Part shown: one piece after another, positions 55,435-64,000 of the stretch
How the letters are laid out: the number at the start of each line of letters is the position of its first letter
Numbering within the stretch: the stretch's first letter is position 1
NCBI GenBank assembly: GCA_001029635.1
Contig: CP011209.1
Coordinates: 80,983-144,982, forward strand
Source: Candidatus Wolfebacteria bacterium GW2011_GWB1_47_1
GTDB taxonomy: Bacteria; Patescibacteriota; Minisyncoccia; UBA6257; UBA9933
Length of the DNA stretch: 64,000 nt
Direction: 5' to 3'
The notes under the pieces: generated by a model
Told to the model about the DNA's origin: nothing
Databases searched by the model: none
The model's input: only the letters and a program-made list of their open reading frames with translations
Position numbers and translations under genes: made by a program

Positions 55435-56454
55435 TCATGCCTTCGGCGCAGGAATCGGACACTTTGCAATGCCCTTTCCAAGAAACTCCTGAATGTTGCA
55501 AATATCCGTATCAAGAATGCGCTGCAATGCCTCCTGCGTATTGAACGCATTGTGCGGCGTAACGAGCACATTCGGCATATCGATCAGAACATGATTTTCA
55601 AGAACGGTCTTGAGATTATGCTCCTCTGGATGTCCATAGAGCACAAGGGTTTTTTCATCAGCAAGAACACCTTCTTCTTCGAGCACGTCGAGTCCCGCTC
55701 CACCGAGGATGCCATCAGCCAAACCTTTTACCAACGCGTCCGTTTCGACAACCGCCCCCCGAGCAGTATTGATAAGCAACGCGCCCTTCTTGATCTTGGT
55801 AAGGCTATCCATATTGATCAAATGGTGCGTAGAAGGAAGATACGGCACATGGATCGTGATCACGTCGGATCGTCCCAAGAGATCATCGAGCCCAACATAT
55901 TCGAACCCGAGCTCGGTGGCAAGCTCAGCCTTAGGGAACGCATCAAACGCAATGACCTGCATACCAAATCCTTTTGCGATACGGATCACGTGCTGACCGA
56001 TACGGCCGGTCCCCATAACTCCAATGGTCTTGCCCTGCAAATCAAATCCGCGCAAGCCAACATAGGAATACACGCCTGTTTCACGCAAGCGATCGACAGA
56101 ATCGTAGATCTTACGGGAGAGCGCAAGAATGAGCCCAAAGGCAAATTCAGCGACCGTATTATCGCCATATCCCGGAACATACCCGGTGGCAATATTCATG
56201 CTTTGCGCCATAGGCAGATCGACATGATCGAATCCGGTCGAACGAGTCGTGACCAATTTAAGATTTGGCAATGCGGCAAGCACCGCTTGATCAATTTTTG
56301 AACCGACGAATACGGAAACAATGTCAAAATCGCGCTGCTCCGGGAGCGCCTCCGCGGAAAGCTTTTCCTTACTGAAAAACAATTCGTGACCGGCGAGCTG
56401 TTCTTTAATGTGCTCGATTTCCCAGTCTTCGATCTGAAAGAATGCTATTTTCAT
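55435..56454 (-). CDS. D-isomer-specific 2-hydroxyacid dehydrogenase (D-lactate / glycerate dehydrogenase-like)
   Basis: 339 aa; GVMGTGRIGQHV NAD motif and catalytic His region VTPHNAF. Confidence 0.75.
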   Translation of the reverse strand: MKIAFFQIEDWEIEHIKEQLAGHELFFSKEKLSAEALPEQRDFDIVSVFVGSKIDQAVLAALPNLKLVTTRSTGFDHVDLPMAQSMNIATGYVPGYGDNTVAEFAFGLILALSRKIYDSVDRLRETGVYSYVGLRGFDLQGKTIGVMGTGRIGQHVIRIAKGFGMQVIAFDAFPKAELATELGFEYVGLDDLLGRSDVITIHVPYLPSTHHLINMDSLTKIKKGALLINTARGAVVETDALVKGLADGILGGAGLDVLEEEGVLADEKTLVLYGHPEEHNLKTVLENHVLIDMPNVLVTPHNAFNTQEALQRILDTDICNIQEFLGKGIAKCPIPAPKA

Positions 56455-56737
56455 ATAACCCTAGTATATCAAAAGAAATAAGCATCCGCTATCGCATAAT
56501 ACTTCTCCTGCGAGCATGTAAAAACGACGATCAAATAGATGAAATGAATTTCCCCAGAAACCGAAGGTCGGGGTCCCGGTCAGCCAGGCGGGCGATCCTT
56601 CGGTTTCGTAAGAAATTCATGAGCCTATTAGTCGTTTTTACTCCGCTCGCGAATTTTTTGGTACTTTTTTAGGAAAAAAGTACAGAAAAATAAGCTCTAA
56701 ACTTCGCGCTCCGCTGGACATAGCCTTTGGCCATGTG

Positions 56738-56771
56738 CAACCGGAAAATACAAAGGAGCGCAATGCGCTCA
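56738..56771 (-). terminator. probable terminator after clpP
   Basis: GAGCGC-AAT-GCGCTC hairpin followed by CTTTGTATTTT on the minus strand. Confidence 0.5.
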
Positions 56772-56787
56772 TTTGTATTTTCCACTA

Positions 56788-57375
56788 TTATTTCTTACTC
56801 GCTTTAAACACCTCATCGATCAATCCATACTCCTTCGCCTCGGTGGCCGAAAGATAGAAGTCCCGATCAGAATCCTTTTCGACTCGATTGAGTGGCTGTC
56901 CGGTCGCCTTGGAAAGGAATTGATTCAACTTCTCCTTCGTTTTCAAAATATGCTTTGCATTGATTTCGATATCAGAAGCCTGGCCCTCGAATCCACCCAT
57001 GACCTGATGCAACATCACTTCGGAATTCGGGAGTGCAAAACGCTTTCCTTTCTTTCCTCCGGCAAGCAATACGGCACCCATCGAAGCAGCGATGCCGACA
57101 CAAATGGTCGACACCTCCGGCTTGATATAGTTCATGGTGTCCAAGATGGCGAGCCCGGCAGTCACCGATCCGCCCGGCGTATTCAGGTACAATTGGATAT
57201 CCTTTTTCGGATCTTCATGCGCCAAGAACAACAGCTGTGCAATGACCGTATTGGCAACGTTATCATCGATCACACCTCCCAAAAAAATAATGCGATCGCG
57301 CAGTAGACGGGAATAAATATCATACGCCCGCTCGCCATAGGTACTCTTTTCAATTACGGTTGGAATTAAATTCAT
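56788..57375 (-). CDS. clpP: ATP-dependent Clp protease proteolytic subunit
   Basis: 195 aa; GIAASMGA catalytic Ser, LHQ His. Confidence 0.85.
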   Translation of the reverse strand: MNLIPTVIEKSTYGERAYDIYSRLLRDRIIFLGGVIDDNVANTVIAQLLFLAHEDPKKDIQLYLNTPGGSVTAGLAILDTMNYIKPEVSTICVGIAASMGAVLLAGGKKGKRFALPNSEVMLHQVMGGFEGQASDIEINAKHILKTKEKLNQFLSKATGQPLNRVEKDSDRDFYLSATEAKEYGLIDEVFKASKK

Positions 57376-57457
57376 GCTGCGAGAAAAATGAAATATGAAA
57401 TATGAAAAATGAATGAATGCATTTTTCCCTATTCCTTTTTTCCTTTTTCATGTTGCG
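57376..57457 (-). promoter_or_regulatory. ~80-bp leader/promoter module with tandem heptad direct repeats (TCATATT x3-4), copy 1 upstream of clpP
   Basis: Minus strand: ATGAAAAAGGAAAAAAGGAATAGGGAAAAATGCATTCATTCATTTTTCATATTTCATATTTCATTTTTCTCGCAGC-ATG; about 90% identical to 57986-58072. Confidence 0.5.
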
Positions 57458-57985
57458 TTATTCGTGCTTATACGCCTCTTGAGACTTCTTGATTTCTGTA
57501 ATGGCTGATTCCTTTCCTTCCCATCCCTTGATCTCAACCTCCTTACCCTGTAAGTCCTTGTATACCTTGAAGAAATGCGCAATCTCCTTCAAAAGATGTG
57601 GGTTGTGCAACTCGACATCGCTTAAATCCTTGATCGAATCAAAGCGAGGATTTTTTGCTTGTACACCCAAGATCTTTGCGTCTGGATCCCCCGAATCAAT
57701 CATATGGAACACGCCGATCGGACGCATCTCGACGACACACCCGGTAAATACCGGATCGCTACCGATGATAAGTGCGTCCAAATGATCGCCATCCTCAGAG
57801 CGGGTCTGCGGAATGAATCCGTAGTCAAGCGGATAATGCATCGGGGAATACAATACGCGATCTAATTTAAATACGCCCGTTTCCTCGTCATACTCATACT
57901 TGTTATGGCTCCCTTTCGGAATCTCCACGACAACATTTACAACTTCAGGGGCCTTCTTTCCCACTCCTAATGCTTCAAAATCCAT
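57458..57985 (-). CDS. ppa: inorganic pyrophosphatase (family I)
   Basis: 175 aa; EIPKGSHNKYEYD...DGDHLDALI...HMIDSGDPDAKIL motifs. Confidence 0.85.
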   Translation of the reverse strand: MDFEALGVGKKAPEVVNVVVEIPKGSHNKYEYDEETGVFKLDRVLYSPMHYPLDYGFIPQTRSEDGDHLDALIIGSDPVFTGCVVEMRPIGVFHMIDSGDPDAKILGVQAKNPRFDSIKDLSDVELHNPHLLKEIAHFFKVYKDLQGKEVEIKGWEGKESAITEIKKSQEAYKHE

Positions 57986-58072
57986 ATTGCAAGAAAAATG
58001 GAATATGAAATATGAAAAATGAATAAATGCACTTTTCCCTATTCCTTTTTTCCTTTTTCATATTTCGATTTG
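57986..58072 (-). promoter_or_regulatory. ~80-bp leader/promoter module, copy 2, upstream of ppa
   Basis: Near-identical to 57376-57457. Confidence 0.5.
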
Positions 58073-59326
58073 TTATTCGTTTTCAGTTATCGGTTCTGAG
58101 ATGTTACTTGCCGGTTCTTCTCCAAAATCAACGACACCTTCATCTTCTGCCTGCCCGTACACACCACCCGAATGGGCTGCGTCCGGATGCGCCTGAGAAC
58201 GGATATCGATCTTCCATCCGGTCAATCGGGCCGCAAGTCGCGCATTCTGCCCGTCTTTTCCGATAGCAAGACTGAGTTGGTCTTCAGGAACAATAACCTT
58301 CGCTTCGCGACGATCATGCACCTCGACACTGGTAACCTTTGCCGGAGAAAGTGCCGCGGAAATAAACTGTCCCGGATCTTCGTGCCACTGGATAATATCG
58401 ATCTTTTCATTACCCAGTTCATTAGTAACAGTCATAACACGTGTTCCGCGCTGTCCAACACATGCTCCAATCGGATCAATTCCTTCTTCCTTGCTATACA
58501 CGGCGATCTTCGTGCGGCTTCCCGGCTCTCGTGCGATGGATTTAATTTCCACCAGCCCTTCGGCAATCTCAGGAACCTCCAACTCAAACAACTTGCCAAC
58601 AAACTTCGGATGCGATCGGGACAAGATGATCCCCGGTCGTTTGCCCTCTTCATCCTGTACGGCAACAACGTAGAAGCGCATGCGCTCACCTATATTATAT
58701 CGTTCGCCACGAATGACTTCGTTGTAGAACATAACGCCCATAGCGCGCCCAAGGTCGATAAACGTATTTCCACGCTCAACGCGCTGAATAATACCACTCA
58801 CGATTTCTCCTTCTTTGCCCTGATATTCCTTGCGTACGGAATCACGCTCAGCTTCGCGGATCTTCTGTAGCACAACCTGTTTTGCGGTCTGTGCAGCGAT
58901 ACGTCCAAAGTCTTGCTTTTCTTCCAAAGGGAACGAAAGTTCATCCCCCAATTCAGCGTCCTTTTTAATCTGTTTTGCCTCCTCAATCATAATATGACGA
59001 TCGGGATTGTAGCGCGGAAGTAAGTCTTCTTCGTCTTCAAGCTCAATAATTGGCTCTTTTTCTACCGCAACTTCACCTTCGACAAGCTCCTCTTCTTCTA
59101 TGATGCGCACGGTTGATTCATCGACGACAGTTTTTGTCTTCCAGAATGTAAATGTCCCGGCATCCGTATCAATCTTCGCGTGCACGATCTCTCCCTTTTC
59201 GCAATATTCCTTTTTATACGCGGCAGCAAGAGCCGATTCAACGGCTGATAGTATCTGATCTTCCGGGAGGGCTTTTTCCTCAGAAATCTGCTTGATTGCG
59301 TAATTTAATGATTTTAAATCTAACAT
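58073..59326 (-). CDS. nusA: transcription termination/antitermination factor NusA
   Basis: 417 aa; N-terminal domain, S1 domain, two KH domains. Confidence 0.85.
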   Translation of the reverse strand: MLDLKSLNYAIKQISEEKALPEDQILSAVESALAAAYKKEYCEKGEIVHAKIDTDAGTFTFWKTKTVVDESTVRIIEEEELVEGEVAVEKEPIIELEDEEDLLPRYNPDRHIMIEEAKQIKKDAELGDELSFPLEEKQDFGRIAAQTAKQVVLQKIREAERDSVRKEYQGKEGEIVSGIIQRVERGNTFIDLGRAMGVMFYNEVIRGERYNIGERMRFYVVAVQDEEGKRPGIILSRSHPKFVGKLFELEVPEIAEGLVEIKSIAREPGSRTKIAVYSKEEGIDPIGACVGQRGTRVMTVTNELGNEKIDIIQWHEDPGQFISAALSPAKVTSVEVHDRREAKVIVPEDQLSLAIGKDGQNARLAARLTGWKIDIRSQAHPDAAHSGGVYGQAEDEGVVDFGEEPASNISEPITENE

Positions 59327-59454
59327 ATGTTGTTTTTATTTAGTTGTTTATTAAATTGTCCAACCACAAACAGTTACACCATCCCGAAATGTTCCAATTC
59401 CGTTGTTGGTCGTGAGTTGTTTATTGTTGGTTAGTATTAGTATACGACGATTGT

Positions 59455-59486
59455 ATAAAATAGAAAATCCGCACAAGTGCGGAATT
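59455..59486 (-). terminator. probable terminator
   Basis: TCCGCAC-AAG-TGCGGA hairpin followed by TTTCTATTTT on the minus strand. Confidence 0.4.
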
Positions 59487-59563
59487 TCTACTAAGAATAT
59501 AAACAACAATAGGAATGCTGTCAATAGGCAAAGAATTAGCAGATTAAACGCTCTTCTTTATGG

Positions 59564-60097
59564 TTACTTAATAGCCTTTACTCCTTTAGGCTCAGGAATT
59601 ACATATATATCCAAAAATGCAACAGGGCTATCAGTAGAAATATCGGTGCCAACCGTCTCGTAGCGGGCAAGATACGTCAAGGCAGGATCAATAATAGTAA
59701 GATCGTTAGACCGCAGCTCTTCGATCACAGGAGCCTTCCCGGCGACAGTGGTTATCTTCGTAATCTTAGTATTCCCGTCTATGCGCACGGCGTGTACCTC
59801 AGCATCTGAAGCGTGCACCGTTTCATATGCCGGGATATCCTGCGTAGACTGATGTCCTTTAAGATCGAGAATTTTTACCGAACCATCCATTCGAAGAACG
59901 GAGGTGGTGGGTTTTCCGATAAATCCGCGGGTAACGAGATTTGGAGCTTCGGGAGAACCTCCAACGACGATCGGCATACTATCAGACTGATTCGATCGGA
60001 CCAAGAGAAAAACAGCCATTCCTAACGCAACAAGTCCGACGAGACCGGTTGCAATCACTCCACCCGTAACCAATTTGTTTATTTTTGATTGTTCCAT
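59564..60097 (-). CDS. small N-terminally membrane-anchored protein (module A, gene 1)
   Basis: 177 aa; MEQSKINKLVTGGVIATGLVGLVALGMAVFLL TM; paralog of 62904-63404. Confidence 0.4.
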   Translation of the reverse strand: MEQSKINKLVTGGVIATGLVGLVALGMAVFLLVRSNQSDSMPIVVGGSPEAPNLVTRGFIGKPTTSVLRMDGSVKILDLKGHQSTQDIPAYETVHASDAEVHAVRIDGNTKITKITTVAGKAPVIEELRSNDLTIIDPALTYLARYETVGTDISTDSPVAFLDIYVIPEPKGVKAIK

Positions 60098-60112
60098 GGT
60101 TAAGTAAGTAGG

Positions 60113-61132
60113 TTATTTATACAAAACCTCCATTGTGCAGTTTACCGCCCCCGCCGACGGACCATCCACAAAGTTTGACTTTAGTGTGAACACAGTCTCT
60201 GCCAAAACATTCAATATGCTCGGGGTTGTTTTGGTGGCAAACCCTCCGGCACCCCAAGGATTCTGGCAAATTTTTGCAGTTCCGTCATTGGTAAAGAGGG
60301 CGGGGTTCGTTGGACACGTATTGTACCCTTCAAAACATAGATAATGATCAGAGTCATCAGGATTTGTCGCAAGTATTAACTGTAGCTCTCCTCTTGGACA
60401 GGTATACCCGCCCGTACTTGGTACGTAAATAGGGTTTGAGTAAATAGACGATCCATCATAATATCTATTATTGACATTATACACCCCCACAGAGGTGTCG
60501 TGCCGCCATGTCGCGATATTGCCGCTTCCCCATGATGCATAGCAATATCCACCGTCGTCAGACCCCCCCGATACGCGAACGCCCGCAATAGGTCCATTGG
60601 AAGTCCATGATACGCTCTTTTCGGTAGCCCATATTTCATCCGTGCTCTGGGAAGGCTTATTCGCCGTAGCAACAGCTACCCAGTTCGTCTCGCGAGTCGC
60701 ATTGCATGGGGAGCTAATTCCCCCTCCAGACCCGTTACAAAGCCATGACCAGGTCGTCCCACTTGTAGAAACTGCGGAAGCAATCCCTGATACGCACAGT
60801 TCGTCGTTGGGAGCTGTTGCGAACAACCTGCTAGCCGCAGGACCGCAGACACCATTGACCAAATCTCCCGTAGGAATAGGGGCTGCGGCGTCCGGCCAAG
60901 CACTAAGGCAAACCCCTCCTAAACAAACTCTTCCGTTAACGGTGAGATCGGATCCGATAGTAAGGGCGCCAGTTTTTGTTTGCGATGCAGCGCCTACATT
61001 AAGAGGCGCAGGAGTATTGGATGCCGGAGGAAGTCCTAGGGGATTCGACCAATCGGCAAGAACAGAAATGACTCCAATAAGAACAGTAAGAACCACGGAG
61101 CCAATAATGGTGAATAGCTTTGTTTTGTTCAT
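60113..61132 (-). CDS. secreted Cys-containing Gly/Ser/Thr-rich protein (module A, gene 2)
   Basis: Start taken at MNKTKLFTIIG (signal anchor); 12+ Cys; paralog of 63439-64000 partial ORF. Confidence 0.4.
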   Translation of the reverse strand: MNKTKLFTIIGSVVLTVLIGVISVLADWSNPLGLPPASNTPAPLNVGAASQTKTGALTIGSDLTVNGRVCLGGVCLSAWPDAAAPIPTGDLVNGVCGPAASRLFATAPNDELCVSGIASAVSTSGTTWSWLCNGSGGGISSPCNATRETNWVAVATANKPSQSTDEIWATEKSVSWTSNGPIAGVRVSGGSDDGGYCYASWGSGNIATWRHDTSVGVYNVNNRYYDGSSIYSNPIYVPSTGGYTCPRGELQLILATNPDDSDHYLCFEGYNTCPTNPALFTNDGTAKICQNPWGAGGFATKTTPSILNVLAETVFTLKSNFVDGPSAGAVNCTMEVLYK

Positions 61133-61210
61133 AGTGAATATATATTGCATATAGTATACACCATTGACGAGTATTTTGACACAAACAAAAAATGAATTAC
61201 GTATAGCCAA

Positions 61211-62836
61211 TCAAAACGGGGTCATAATGGCATAGTTAGGAGCAAATACACGACTAGCTCGCACATCCTCAAGCGAAAGATCAGAAAGTTTTTCCCATGG
61301 TAAACCGGATAGATACTCTTTTGCAGAAGAAACAGTTTCGTTGCGATCATAATCGAACGTGCGAACACCTTCACGCTTGGTAAATACATAAAAAATATCA
61401 CCTGTAAATTGAGATCGATATATCGAATTACGCGCATGATAAACAAAGTAATCGTTAAATCCTGCCTCGGAAATACCCTTGAACAAAACTTTTAGATGTT
61501 CATGGCGGTCATACGACTTTCCGGGGATCTGCCATGGCGCGCTTTCAAGCGATCCATATTCCCAGGTAACAAACATCCCCCGCTCCGAAAGGGACCGCCG
61601 CAAAAAAGTGAAGAATTCCTGCGATCCAAGATGGATAAGCTTCTCACTTCCGTATCCAGGCAGACTCACGACAACAAGATCATATTGTTTTTTATTTTGT
61701 CGAAGAAAGGCGAATGCATCCTGCTCATAGGTTGTGAGTCGTGGCGACTCAAATCTACCTTCATTAAGCGCAAGAAAAAACGGATCGGACTTTGCGTAAT
61801 CCAAAAACTTGCCGTCAATGTCGACTTGATCGATCTGCACATTATTATAATGCAATAGATTTTTGATCGGAAGCAGGCTCCCCCCACCCAATACAAGAAC
61901 ATCCATCGTCGTCGTAGCATCAAAAAATGCCATAGGCACGTGCACAAGTGCATCATGATACTCATCAGCCCAACTTTTGCAAATATTGGTATGATTACCC
62001 AATATGACGCACGTATCAGGGACACCGCCCGAAATACGGCGATATTTTGCAACCTCCTGATAGGGAGTCGTAAAATGGGCGAGCACCTTGACTGTCCGTC
62101 GTTCAGTACTAAAAAGAGCACTTTCGCGCTCAATATTAGTTAAGAGATATATCTTAGTAAAGAAAGAATCAATCAAACGACCATTCAATATTGCAAACAG
62201 GAACAAAAGGATAAGAGCTCCTCCAAAGACGATGAGCACGGTCTTCTTCCGTAGATACGCCCACGCAAATACAATAGAAATAGCTGCATTAATCGCGCCA
62301 ACGAGCAGCACAGTCCGGATAAGGCCAAGTTCGGGATAAAACACTAGCCCAAACAGCACTGCGCCGGCAAGACTACCAAAATAATCGATACCAAGAACTT
62401 CAACGAAGAAATTCTTCCTTTCATCATCGCGCTCTGCAAGGGCGGCGAGGAAAGGAATCTGTATTCCCGCAAGGATTCCTACGACAAGTATCGGAAGGTG
62501 GGAGATCATGACGACTAGCCGATCATACCGCAGCATACCAAGATCGAATGCAGCGCTATTAAGCCATATGATAAAAAAGACGCCAAGCGGACCGATCAAC
62601 GCAAGGAGCGTTTCAATGGACCAAAAAGAGATTGCAAGATTTTTACGGGGAAAAAGTCTAAACAAAAAGGCACCGATTCCCAAAGAAAAAAGATAGAGTC
62701 CGATCGTCATCGCATACCGCAAAACGGTATTGCCTAGGAGGACGGAGAGAAGCTGAGAGTACAGTAATTCGTAGATGATGCTACAAAACGCGGCAAAAAA
62801 AGTAATGATAAAAATATTCAACTGCTTTCGATGCAT
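61211..62836 (-). CDS. membrane-anchored polyamine aminopropyltransferase (spermidine synthase)-like protein: N-terminal ~7-TM domain + C-terminal SpeE-like Rossmann domain
   Basis: C-terminal motifs VLVLGGGSLL, VDIDGKFLDYAK, DLVVVSLPGYG resemble SpeE. Start taken at the internal Met (MHRKQLNIF); the ORF-track TTG start at 62938 would overlap the neighbouring gene. Confidence 0.5.
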   Translation of the reverse strand: MHRKQLNIFIITFFAAFCSIIYELLYSQLLSVLLGNTVLRYAMTIGLYLFSLGIGAFLFRLFPRKNLAISFWSIETLLALIGPLGVFFIIWLNSAAFDLGMLRYDRLVVMISHLPILVVGILAGIQIPFLAALAERDDERKNFFVEVLGIDYFGSLAGAVLFGLVFYPELGLIRTVLLVGAINAAISIVFAWAYLRKKTVLIVFGGALILLFLFAILNGRLIDSFFTKIYLLTNIERESALFSTERRTVKVLAHFTTPYQEVAKYRRISGGVPDTCVILGNHTNICKSWADEYHDALVHVPMAFFDATTTMDVLVLGGGSLLPIKNLLHYNNVQIDQVDIDGKFLDYAKSDPFFLALNEGRFESPRLTTYEQDAFAFLRQNKKQYDLVVVSLPGYGSEKLIHLGSQEFFTFLRRSLSERGMFVTWEYGSLESAPWQIPGKSYDRHEHLKVLFKGISEAGFNDYFVYHARNSIYRSQFTGDIFYVFTKREGVRTFDYDRNETVSSAKEYLSGLPWEKLSDLSLEDVRASRVFAPNYAIMTPF

Positions 62837-62903
62837 ATACAGACAACTATAACAGAGAACCACGGGTGTGTAAAAAAACAAGCCCAATAAGGCTTGTTTT
62901 GCG

Positions 62904-63404
62904 TCATGGATTAATATGAATCGACAGTGAGCTCGCAACAGATTTATCGAATGCGATACTGTCTCCAGGCGTCTCGTAAGAGACCAGGTAGATCTCGTCC
63001 AAAGATCCTATTGAGAAAGCTTCAAATGGAACTTCTATAACATCAGGAGCCTTTCCTTCCTCTCCCGAAGGGACGACTTTGTAGATCTTTGTTGTCTCAT
63101 CAATCGCCACTGTTACAAGATCGCCGCCTTCAGTAGAGCTGAGCTGGTACGGATTGTCATTTCCCGTAGAGATCTGTCCGCGCAAGGAAAATATTTTTTT
63201 ACCACCACGAGTGTTAATCGATTCAGACTCGGGAAGACCAATAAAACCTTTGCGATTGATTGGCTCACTGGCGATCTCATTTACTTTGCCTTCTCCATCA
63301 TTTCTAAGAAGCTTCATGTAGATGACTCCACTCATTGCAATAACGCCAACAAAGCTAAGTAGGGCAAGAACAAGAGTTATAATCTGCAGTTTTTTTGATT
63401 CCAT
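62904..63404 (-). CDS. small N-terminally membrane-anchored protein (module B, gene 1)
   Basis: Start taken at MESKKLQIITLVL. Confidence 0.4.
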   Translation of the reverse strand: MESKKLQIITLVLALLSFVGVIAMSGVIYMKLLRNDGEGKVNEIASEPINRKGFIGLPESESINTRGGKKIFSLRGQISTGNDNPYQLSSTEGGDLVTVAIDETTKIYKVVPSGEEGKAPDVIEVPFEAFSIGSLDEIYLVSYETPGDSIAFDKSVASSLSIHINP

Positions 63405-63438
63405 AGTTAATGTATTAATAATGGTTGTCTTATATGAA

Positions 63439-64000
63439 TCACTCGGCATATTGAATATCAAGACTGCAGTTGATCGAGTCCCCTAGATTTCCAATGACGT
63501 GTGCGCCTTGTAGCGTAACGGTCGTCCCGGCAGGGATGGTTCCAGGACCCGTTCTCCCTGAAAATGAAAGGATTTTCGTCATCATCGCTCCTGCATCATA
63601 ATTAAGCTGGCATAATCGCGCAGTTCCATCATTAGAAAAGAACGGGGTTGCGGTCGGACAGGTGTTGTAGGTAGTGGGGGCATACACAACGCTCGCACTC
63701 GCACCGGTACCCGTAGTCACAAGACTTGCGTCTTTACCCGTGCCTGTCGTTAATGGAGTAGCATCTTTAGCGCTAATACTTGCACGCCCATCATAATAAA
63801 GATTATTAACGCTATAGACGCCAATTGTTCCGTCATGTCGCGTTGTTGCCAAATGTCCAGTACCCCAATACACATAGCAATACCCCCCATCATCCGAGAA
63901 TCCACGTACGCGAATATCATCGATCGCGTACTTCGTAGTAAACGATGTCTTTTGCGTAATGCCCCAGGTATCGTCAGAATCATTTTGGACATAGTTAATG
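63439..64000 (-). CDS. secreted Cys-containing protein, paralog of 60113-61132 (module B, gene 2); N-terminal part beyond window end
   Basis: Frame stays open from 63873 to 64000; TRHDGTIGVYSVNNLYYDG matches WRHDTSVGVYNVNNRYYDG in module A. Confidence 0.4.
   Translation of the reverse strand, partial: INYVQNDSDDTWGITQKTSFTTKYAIDDIRVRGFSDDGGYCYVYWGTGHLATTRHDGTIGVYSVNNLYYDGRASISAKDATPLTTGTGKDASLVTTGTGASASVVYAPTTYNTCPTATPFFSNDGTARLCQLNYDAGAMMTKILSFSGRTGPGTIPAGTTVTLQGAHVIGNLGDSINCSLDIQYAE

Noticed and set aside
55378-56301. 307-aa plus-strand ORF and others antisense to the 2-hydroxyacid dehydrogenase gene
   Set aside because: Antisense shadow ORF; the minus-strand protein has clear NAD-binding and catalytic motifs.
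56500-56660. SRP (4.5S) RNA, RNase P RNA or tmRNA in the clpP-upstream structured region and in 30596-31116
   Set aside because: Conserved signatures not found by inspection (AGGUCCGGAAGGAAGCAGCC for SRP; GGAAAGTCCGGGC / AGGGTGAAA for RNase P; tRNA-like ends for tmRNA). Left as unassigned structured elements.

Overview
This 64-kb window looks like chromosomal DNA from a small-genome bacterium, tentatively CPR/Patescibacteria-like. That is an inference from gene content only: giant lamin-tail-domain surface proteins, a split transketolase, a cupin-type PGI, SecG, and many lineage-specific membrane proteins. Coding is dense, mostly on the minus strand from 1 to 44 kb and mostly on the plus strand from 45 to 52 kb. 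All coordinates were counted by hand and may be off by 1 nt.

Main content:
- **1-15.1 kb:** a nucleotide-sugar (CDP-hexose) modification island. It holds rfbF, an rfbG-like 4,6-dehydratase, an RfbH/DegT-like enzyme, an acetolactate-synthase-like TPP enzyme, two radical-SAM proteins (one B12-binding), a TylC3-like SAM C-methyltransferase, an HpcH-family aldolase, a HAD phosphatase, an AT-rich SDR reductase and two NudD-like Nudix paralogs. An O-antigen-ligase-like membrane protein runs off the window start.
- **15.2-16.9 kb:** a Fic/HTH gene that looks inserted next to a SpoU (trmL-like) methyltransferase. It sits between an 84-bp duplication and carries a perfect 29-bp palindromic operator.
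- **16.9-26.6 kb:** two giant secreted proteins (a PLC-like protein with three LTD repeats, and a PG-binding S-layer-like protein) flanking an IS200/RAYT-like element with 25-37-bp palindromes.
- **37.3-40.4 kb (most unusual):** a Xer-type tyrosine recombinase followed by three 100% identical, strongly self-complementary 175-nt repeats that delimit two small orphan ORF cassettes.
- **40.5-64 kb:** housekeeping genes. These are a Clp ATPase with a TM N-terminus, secG, an OppA-like SBP, cupin PGI, two tRNA-Leu, rnj, trpS, rpiB, gap, a D-2-hydroxyacid dehydrogenase, clpP, ppa and nusA. They are followed by a duplicated two-gene secreted-protein module around a membrane-anchored spermidine-synthase-like protein.
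- **Other elements:** many rho-independent terminators, a dispersed GTCATTCC...GGAAT hairpin (REP-like) family, and an ~80-bp leader module duplicated upstream of clpP and ppa.
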